DNA of 64,000 nt from an uncultured virus (IMG/VR IMGVR_UViG_3300032087_004222). Its lineage: Duplodnaviria > Heunggongvirae > Uroviricota > Caudoviricetes. The stretch lies in IMG/VR virus record IMGVR_UViG_3300032087_004222. One strand, 5' to 3'. A model generated the notes under the pieces. That model was not told where the DNA came from and did not search any database. It saw nothing but the letters and a program-made list of their open reading frames with translations. The position numbers and the translations under genes were made by a program. Of this stretch, positions 46,254-54,100 are shown piece after piece (position 1 is the stretch's first letter; each line of letters opens with the position of its first letter).

Positions 46254-46441
46254 TGGTCGACTCATGCACCTGTGGTCATTGCATCGGCATGGGCACTGCT
46301 TGGGACATGTTGGAGAAGAAACTATGTCCCGAGGGCAAGGCAGCGGCAAAGAGGAAGTTCAAGGTCTACCCGTCAGCGTACGCCAATGGTTGGGCCGTTC
46401 AGTACTGCAGGGGAAAGTTCAGGGGGAAGAAGAAGAAATGA
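46253..46441 (+). CDS. Small basic phage protein with tag-like leader
   Basis: MVDSCTCGHCIGMGTAWDMLEK|K...KFKVYPSAYANGWAVQYC. Confidence 0.65.
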   Translation: MVDSCTCGHCIGMGTAWDMLEKKLCPEGKAAAKRKFKVYPSAYANGWAVQYCRGKFRGKKKK

Positions 46442-46498
46442 GCAACACCACATACGTCGAGGAATGGAATGAGAACAAGACGAAATGGGGCTAGATGA

Positions 46499-46822
46499 AT
46501 GAGTCGATGCACCTGTCATGACACCCTCGTCGTCAAGGACCTGAACAGGTGGTTCAAGGAGAAGTGGGTCGACGTATCGAGGAAGGACCCAAAGACGGGC
46601 AAGCACCCACCGTGTGGCAGGGACAAGGCCAAGACGTCCAGCAAGGGGTACCCGAAGTGCAGGCCATCGGTCAAGGTGAGCAGCAAGACCCCGAAGACAT
46701 CAGGCTCCATGAGCACAGGGCAGAAGAGGGCAGCCACCAAGAGGAAGCGGGCCAAGAGGCAAGGCGTGGGTGGCAAGCCAACCATCGTCAAGATTCTCAA
46801 GAGCACAGGAGCAGTTAAGTAA
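46499..46822 (+). CDS. Small basic phage protein
   Basis: LNRWFKEKWVD...CGR...YPKCRPS..VSSKTPKT. Confidence 0.7.
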   Translation: MSRCTCHDTLVVKDLNRWFKEKWVDVSRKDPKTGKHPPCGRDKAKTSSKGYPKCRPSVKVSSKTPKTSGSMSTGQKRAATKRKRAKRQGVGGKPTIVKILKSTGAVK

Positions 46823-46843
46823 AGGTCAACCGAGGGGTCAAGT

Positions 46844-48064
46844 ATGTGGGGTAGCGCTTTTCTCACTGACTCCTTCGAGATCATCAAGTCGGAGCCAGAG
46901 GCGCCTCCAGCGCCAATCAGGAAGAACATGTTCTCGATAACGGGGGAGGGGTGGTTCGAGACCCACTTGGGCTGCACCGCCGCTGACTTCGTCGACAAGT
47001 TGCGCAAGATGAGGAGGCACAACAAGGACTCCAAGTCCGAGATAGACACGATCATCGAGGACGTCAGGACGCTCAAGGCCCTCGAGGTCAAGGCCACGCT
47101 CGACCACATACCATGGGCTGACGACAGGCATGACACGATACGCAACCTCGGTCTCTCCGACAGGGACCTCAAGAGTCTGAGACGGTTCTCGGACAGCAGG
47201 CAGGTCGGGCTCATACAGGCATGCAACATGTGGGAGGGCGCTGATGCCGCGCTCAAGTCGCTCGATGACTTCGAGGACGTGTGGGGCGAGGAGGAGCAGA
47301 TGGCATGGGCGAGGGCCATGCAGAGCAAGACAGAGGCACGGAAGATGTGGAGGTCAACCCTCCATCAGGCAGACAGCCTGAGCAGCAAGGACAGGGAGAC
47401 GATCACCAAGTCGGCGGAGATACTCGCCATCGAGGGACCACTCACGTCACGCTCGCTCCATGAGAGGCTCATGCAACAAGGCGCCGTCCACAAGAGCATG
47501 ACCCCCTCCAAGTTGTCGAAACTCCTCAAGATGTACGGGGACGACGAGGACATCACATCCGGTGCGTCGAGGGGGACGTTCGTCAAGATGCAGGGCAACG
47601 GGCTCATACTCAAGGACCCCATGGCGTACGCCGCTGGCTTCCTAGACGCGGACGGCTACATCACCATCACTGGCAGGGGCGAGGCACGTGCTGGCTTCGT
47701 CGCCACCGGTGACAGGGGCAAGGCACACTGCGAGCAGTTGCACAAGACGCTCGACTGCGGTGTCCTGCAACTCGATCAGAAGGTGCACAAGAACAGCACG
47801 AGGAGCCAACACAGGCTCCAGTTCTACTCCAAGGCCGATGTCGAGAAACTGCTGAAGGGCATACTACCGCACCTGAAGATGAAGGACACTCAAGCGAAGG
47901 CCGTACTGCAATACATCCATGAGGAGGACCCACTTCGCAAGGAACAGTTGATGCGCGTCGTGCGCTTCTCGAATTGGAAGGATGATACTAAGAAGGCAGA
48001 GGACCTGCTAAGCGAGTGGGAGTGCACGGTGGATGATATCACGAAATGGTCGGAGGGACTCTGA
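46844..48064 (+). CDS. Protein with winged-HTH and C-terminal LAGLIDADG domain
   Basis: YAAGFLDADGYITI; TTAAGTA about 30 nt upstream of the ATG. Confidence 0.75.
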   Translation: MWGSAFLTDSFEIIKSEPEAPPAPIRKNMFSITGEGWFETHLGCTAADFVDKLRKMRRHNKDSKSEIDTIIEDVRTLKALEVKATLDHIPWADDRHDTIRNLGLSDRDLKSLRRFSDSRQVGLIQACNMWEGADAALKSLDDFEDVWGEEEQMAWARAMQSKTEARKMWRSTLHQADSLSSKDRETITKSAEILAIEGPLTSRSLHERLMQQGAVHKSMTPSKLSKLLKMYGDDEDITSGASRGTFVKMQGNGLILKDPMAYAAGFLDADGYITITGRGEARAGFVATGDRGKAHCEQLHKTLDCGVLQLDQKVHKNSTRSQHRLQFYSKADVEKLLKGILPHLKMKDTQAKAVLQYIHEEDPLRKEQLMRVVRFSNWKDDTKKAEDLLSEWECTVDDITKWSEGL

Positions 48065-49815
48065 TGGCAGATGACGAGAGCAGAGTGAGCCGATTCCTAT
48101 CCGCCTTGGGCAGCCCCTTCCGAAGGAGGACCACGCCCCAACCGCAGATGCCCCTCTACACGACGGGCATACAAGAGCCAGTGCTCGCACAGGGCATCAC
48201 CATACCAGCCCTGTACGCCGTCTCGCGTGAGAACCTCATACTCAGGACGGTCCTCGCCAAACTCAATCAGGAGATATTCAGGAGGGGGTACTACTGGGAG
48301 AAGAAGTTCGAGTTGAAGTGCACCGACTGTGGTGAGGAGTACAACCACGAGATCGAGGTGTGCAAGATGTGTGACGGTCCACTGAGGACCTGTGACGCGG
48401 ACGAGATCATCTACCCGAAGTGGCTCCTCAATCAGGAGAACTCGATGGAGCAATCCTTCATGCACGTGCTACAGGAGATAGAGCACGACCTCAATGTGGT
48501 CGATGACGCGTTCCTCATCCTCGTCAAGGAGTACTTCGTTGACGAGAGTACCTCCGAGATCATGTTCTACAGGGTCAAGGAGATCATCAGGGGCGATCCC
48601 ATCTTCATGAGGATAGTATCCGACAAGCGTGGTGTGCGTGGTGGTAGGTACAAGGTGTGCCCCATCCACCGCGACCAAGTCTCTTACCCCGGTCAGGACG
48701 ACCCGTGTCAGGTGTGTGGCTCCAAGATGGAGGACGCCCACTACGTCAACATGGCTGGGAGCGGCAAGACCCAGTACTACCTGAAGGGCGAGGTCATACA
48801 CGTCAGCAAGTACAACCCGTCCAAGTTGTACGGCAAGAGCCCGGTCAACACCATGTGGCGCCAAGCGATGACGCTCACCGCCATGGACAACTACATGTAC
48901 ACAGCATACCAGAAAAGGAGGGTACCGAAGGGCATCATCTCCGTCACCACCGACAACCTAGAGTCGATGAAGTCGTTCTGGAAGGCCGTCGACGAGAAGA
49001 TGGAGCGTGACCCCCACTACGTCCCGAAGGTCGGAATAGAGTCCGCCACGGGCAGGGGCGGCGTCAACTGGGTCAAGTTCATGGACACGATGGAGGAGAT
49101 GCAGTACATCTCCGTGCGTGATGAGATACGGAACAGAATAGCAGCGTACTACGGTGTGAGCGCCGTCTTCATGATCGACAACGGAAAGAGCGGTGGACTC
49201 AACAACGAGGGGATGCAGATCCTCGTCACCAACAGGGCGGTGGAGTTCGGTCAGAAGGTGTACACAGAGGTCCTGTTCCCACGCATGCTGAGGGAGATGG
49301 ACGTCCACGACTGGAAACTCACGCTCTACCCGAACGAGGAGGAGGACGAGATCACCAGACTACGAAGGGACGAGATGGAGGCCAACCTCGCACAGCGCAT
49401 GATGATGCTCGGCTACAAGCCAGAACTCCTACAAGAGGGGCAACGTGACATCCGATTCGTTTATCGGAAGCAAGCACCAGAGATGGAAGGGGCTCCTCCC
49501 GGCATGCCTCCAGCCGGAGGGGCTCCACCGATGATGCCACCGATGGCAGGTATGGCTGGTGCTCCACCGATAATGGGCGGCATGCCACCAAGGGGAATGC
49601 CCCCCGGCATCATGCAACAGGTCATGCCACCGTCACAACCCGGAGGTGAGGGTGTCGGCATCAGGACGCCAAGGGGGCCAGCACGTCCCGAACAGAGGGC
49701 ATCAATGGGTGCGGGAGCACCATTCTCGAGCGTCCAACAGAGGGGTCCAGCCAACACTCTAGGGCAGAACGTCTCCAACGCTCTACAGAACGCCAGAAGG
49801 CCTCGTGGTGCATAA
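48064..49815 (+). CDS. Portal protein with Zn-ribbon insertions
   Basis: Position after TerL; LYGKSPV, PKGIISV, IAAYYGVS; CTDC/CKMC and CPIH/CQVC; P/M/G-rich tail. Confidence 0.85.
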   Translation: MADDESRVSRFLSALGSPFRRRTTPQPQMPLYTTGIQEPVLAQGITIPALYAVSRENLILRTVLAKLNQEIFRRGYYWEKKFELKCTDCGEEYNHEIEVCKMCDGPLRTCDADEIIYPKWLLNQENSMEQSFMHVLQEIEHDLNVVDDAFLILVKEYFVDESTSEIMFYRVKEIIRGDPIFMRIVSDKRGVRGGRYKVCPIHRDQVSYPGQDDPCQVCGSKMEDAHYVNMAGSGKTQYYLKGEVIHVSKYNPSKLYGKSPVNTMWRQAMTLTAMDNYMYTAYQKRRVPKGIISVTTDNLESMKSFWKAVDEKMERDPHYVPKVGIESATGRGGVNWVKFMDTMEEMQYISVRDEIRNRIAAYYGVSAVFMIDNGKSGGLNNEGMQILVTNRAVEFGQKVYTEVLFPRMLREMDVHDWKLTLYPNEEEDEITRLRRDEMEANLAQRMMMLGYKPELLQEGQRDIRFVYRKQAPEMEGAPPGMPPAGGAPPMMPPMAGMAGAPPIMGGMPPRGMPPGIMQQVMPPSQPGGEGVGIRTPRGPARPEQRASMGAGAPFSSVQQRGPANTLGQNVSNALQNARRPRGA

Positions 49816-49854
49816 GTGTAATTAAGGCAGCATGCCTACGGACGGGCGAGCACG

Positions 49855-50214
49855 ATGGATTTAACGAAGATGGACCCAATGGCTCGAAAGATGAATGTCC
49901 ACGCAGCAGCCCTTTCTGAGGCCCTTGAGACGGGTGACGCCGAACTCGCCAAGTCTCACATCAACGAGATCCTCAAAGTCGGCGACTTCATGCTCGAGGA
50001 CCTAGACTTCTCGATAGCCAAGTCGCAGGACGCAGAGATAAGCCCGATCAACAACTTCGCCAATGGCGTACCAGTGATCAAGTACAACGAGAGGGGCACG
50101 AACTTCAACACCGACCACAGGGACAGGCAACTCCCCGGTACGATCATCTCATCGAGGAGCAACTCGAGGATGAGGCCGCACACAGGTACTTTCGGTGGGT
50201 ACAGACCACAGTAG
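49855..50214 (+). CDS. Hypothetical head-module protein
   Basis: IAK|S site. Confidence 0.6.
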   Translation: MDLTKMDPMARKMNVHAAALSEALETGDAELAKSHINEILKVGDFMLEDLDFSIAKSQDAEISPINNFANGVPVIKYNERGTNFNTDHRDRQLPGTIISSRSNSRMRPHTGTFGGYRPQ

Positions 50215-50222
50215 GTGCTTCA

Positions 50223-50570
50223 ATGGCTGAGGAGCAGGATGTCACTGAGCGTCTCATGAACGCACTCATCTCCAAGATGGAGTCCATGGACAGCGACATC
50301 AGGTCAGTCAGGGCGGAGAACGACCAACTCAGGAAGATGATGGCGAACCCAGCCACGCTCCTGAAGAGGGCAGGGTACGTCAGGACCAACACGCCCCTCT
50401 CCGAGGACATGCTGGACGACCCGTTCAGGATGGACGACTCGGTCATCAAGTCAGAGGCAGCGGCCAGCAACCAACTCGACTCATACACCAACGAGCAGGT
50501 GCATGAGATGTCATGGGAGGAGATCCACGAGATGGCCTCTCAGCACAGGGAAGTAAGGGAGTTGTACTAA
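50223..50570 (+). CDS. Coiled-coil head-module protein
   Basis: C-terminal HEMSWEEIHEMA resembles the scaffold C-terminus ASMSWDEVHNLA. Confidence 0.65.
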   Translation: MAEEQDVTERLMNALISKMESMDSDIRSVRAENDQLRKMMANPATLLKRAGYVRTNTPLSEDMLDDPFRMDDSVIKSEAAASNQLDSYTNEQVHEMSWEEIHEMASQHREVRELY

Positions 50571-50571
50571 C

Positions 50572-51186
50572 ATGGTGAACCCAAGATTCAGCCCAGCAAG
50601 CAACGAAGCAATAGAACTGCTAGAGAAAGCCAACAGCCTCGTCCAAAGGGCAGAGCAGTTGGAGAAGGCGGAGAAGTGCCCCAAGTGCGGTGGTGCGATA
50701 GAGAAAGGACAGTGCATGAAGACTGGTTGTACAGGCATGATGAAGTACGGCACTGTGGAGAAGGCAGAGGAGTGCAAGGAGTGTGGAAAGGTAGGTGACA
50801 AGTGCACCTGCGTCAAGAAGGGCCCCCACCACAAGGCCCAGTCATTCGACACGAAGCCCGGAAACGTGCAGTTCATGGCAGAGTCGGGTGGACAGACCTA
50901 CAACGCCTACTACACGACGAACCAATCGCTCCTCGACTCAGAGGACGTCGCAAACAAGGGCGCTAGAAGTGAGAACTACAGCCTAGAGACACTTGCACCA
51001 ATCACGAACACCCATGACAGGGCAGTGGAGACCCACGAGATCACATCAGGTGGGGAGACACCCATCCAGAAGGCTAGGATGGCACCCTGCGCCACCTGTG
51101 GCGCCAACCCCATGCAGGGTGACAGGGTATGCGGTCTAGGCAACCACCCCATCGAGGGGTGCAATGATTACAGACCGATGCAATAG
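50572..51186 (+). CDS. Cys-rich head-module protein with many EK|A sites
   Basis: LEKA twice, IEKG, VEKA, IQKA separating CxxC modules. Confidence 0.65.
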   Translation: MVNPRFSPASNEAIELLEKANSLVQRAEQLEKAEKCPKCGGAIEKGQCMKTGCTGMMKYGTVEKAEECKECGKVGDKCTCVKKGPHHKAQSFDTKPGNVQFMAESGGQTYNAYYTTNQSLLDSEDVANKGARSENYSLETLAPITNTHDRAVETHEITSGGETPIQKARMAPCATCGANPMQGDRVCGLGNHPIEGCNDYRPMQ

Positions 51187-51196
51187 GTGGTAGCGT

Positions 51197-54100
51197 GTGT
51201 ATGAGGACGCTGCTGACATTTTCATAAGGGCACGTGACGCCCTCATAGAGTCAGTGGACAAGGACGTGGACATCGACTCCTCAGTGCAGGAGTACATGCT
51301 CGCCAAGGCCAACTTGGTGGCTCACGGATTCGACTACGAGCCCACGTGGCGTGAGATGCTGTGTGACAACCTCATCAAGAACGAGAAGAGGGAGGGCTTC
51401 GTCCCAAGCCCCACCTACAAGAAGCGCATGAGGGAGGAGAGGAGGGAGCGTCACAAGGGTCACCTCCCGCGCACGAACCACTTCGCTGGCCGCATAATGA
51501 GGAACGACCCATCTCTGTCACATGGCATCCCAGTTAGCGCAATAGCAGATCCGACTCGACATCACAGCAGGGCTGACGAGCACATCCTGTCAGGCGTCCA
51601 CGACCCACTCGAGAAGAGGTCCATGACGTCTGGGCGTCAGAGGAAGATAGAGTTCCTAGCAAGGAGGTTCCTACCGGACGAGGAGGGCAACTCCCGAGCC
51701 AAGGACGTCAAGAGGGCAGAGAGGCTGATCGAGGATTGGATGAAGGGGACGGGCAACCCCCACGTCACTGAGAATACAGAGGGCACCTACTCATACCCGC
51801 TCCTCGGTCCACTCGGTGACTCCGTCGACCAGTCCATACTCAGCCACGAGGATGACATCTACGAGAGGGACTTCAGGAGATGGAGCCGGGACAACGCAGC
51901 GGGTCAGGACAACAGGGAGATCAGGCTGCAGCACTTCGATGACAGGGCAAAGGCGTGGATGGACAGATCGGGACCTGAGTTCGACGAGTCAGGTGAGTTG
52001 TCCGAGGACGACAAGACGATCCTCGCATACCTCTCAGAAAGCCCGGAGGCAGAGGCCATACGAGAGAGAGTGGGATCGTCCTCGATCACCAAGCACCCCT
52101 CCTACCTCAATCAGTTGTCGTTCATGCTCGGCCTCCAGTGGCTCTCACCAGAGGAGCGTTCCAAGGTCATGGACCATCTGAGTGAGCACGGTAGCGACTC
52201 CAAGGAGCAGCATGTGAAGTTCGACGACGGCACACGCCTCCCCATGGGACGCCTGAAGAGGAACATGAGGATGGCATCGGAGAACGCTCTCAGCCACGTC
52301 AGGAGGGGACCGAAGGCAGGTCCGCACAACGTCGCACCAGTGTGGTCGCAGAACTACGAGATTGGACCCGGCGTCGACGATAGGGCACTCTACTCCGTCC
52401 TCGAGCATGCGTACCTAGTCGATGATAAGGTCACTTTTGATAGGATAGAGGCGGAGAAAGCAGAGATGGCTGAGAAGGACAAACACTGCATGGATAAATT
52501 CGGCAGGAAATACTACGAGTGCACAGTAGAGCAGCAGAGACAAACCGACAGGGAAGTCGAGGGTCACGGCAAACTCATGGACAAGGCCATCGTCAATCTA
52601 CACGAGGCCTTTGGTATCAAAACCGATGACGGTGACTACGTGGAGCGATTCATGCACCTACCCGACATATCACCGTCCCAACTGGCTGGCATCGAGGGTG
52701 ACATGGTGGACGAGATGGAGACACTCACCGCCAGCAAGAAGAAGGGGAACGTGGTGAACAGGGACAACCTCCTACACGTGCTCGGCTTCGACAGCAAGGG
52801 GAACGAGATACCAACCGGGGAGCATGGCTACCCGAGCCACTCAGGCCCACTGATAGACAATGCCCACTTGAAGGAACTACTCAGGAAGGAGAAGGAGTTC
52901 AAACTCCTACCCAGCAGACGCAGGGAGATACAGGACGTCCTCTCCCTGTTCGGGACCAACGTCCCGTTCAAGGACCTCGAGACCGTACCACTGGAGGTGC
53001 AGGAGGCCATATCCATACTCGGTGACAAGCACTTCGCGGGTGACTTCGCAAGCATGTACCACGAGGGTGGTCACGCGATAGACCAGCACATCCTCACTGA
53101 GAAACTCCACGACCATCACTCGGAGAGGGACGACAGCATCATCTCGAGCGTGAACAGGGACAAGGAGGACATCATCCCGAATCCGATAAACATGGGCCTC
53201 TTCGGCCACCTGATGCGACCCTCCGCTGAAGCGGCCCTCGGCCCTCACGCAATGCAGCACCACTCCAACTTCCTAGGAACGGCGATGCTCAACCACGCCC
53301 TGTCCTCCGTCACCTTCCCCTCCGTCGCTAGGCTCCTGCACGGTATGAAGCAGTCCGAGGTTGGATCGAAGTACGGCAAGAAGCAGTCGATCGACCAACT
53401 CAACAACCTTCTCATTGACACAGTGAAAGAGGGTAGGAAGAAGAACATACCATATGGGAAGGAACTCATGATGAGAGCGAAGGACGTCACCGACTACGAT
53501 AGGGAGATGGGACGTGAGGTAGGTGACATATTCGCTGGTGGTGGATCGGTCAGGAGACTCGACGCCAATAACTGGGTTCACACATCAGGGGAACAGAGGA
53601 GGAACAAGATCGAGCACATGAGGCTGGCCTCACTGCTCGGAGGTCTCCATACCAGATTCCCAACATCGAACTCAGGCATCGACTTCAACGAGGACAACAT
53701 CAGGCAACTCGAGCAGGCGTTCTCGACCACCGATGAGACAGGTGGGAGGAAAAAGGCAGCGAGACAAATAGATCAGATGAACCTGAAGCACCAGTACGAA
53801 CTCAAGTCGATAGTGGACGCCGCACGTCACCTCGCCACACTCCTACCACCGGAGGCCCTCGATCCCGACAACCCGGCGTTCGACGCCAACATCAGGAGAC
53901 TCTTCCACGACGCCAACAAGTCACTGCACGTCCTACCATCTGAATACTGGGAGGGCGTTGGTGTCAGGCCGATGACCGCTGACTACATGATATCTCAGCA
54001 GATGCAGAAGGCCGAGCCCATCTACAGCCGACTCAGGGAGCGCCTCACCCAAGGTGGTGGCATACCAGTCACCTCTCGCTCCGACCCAAGCGAGTTGGCA

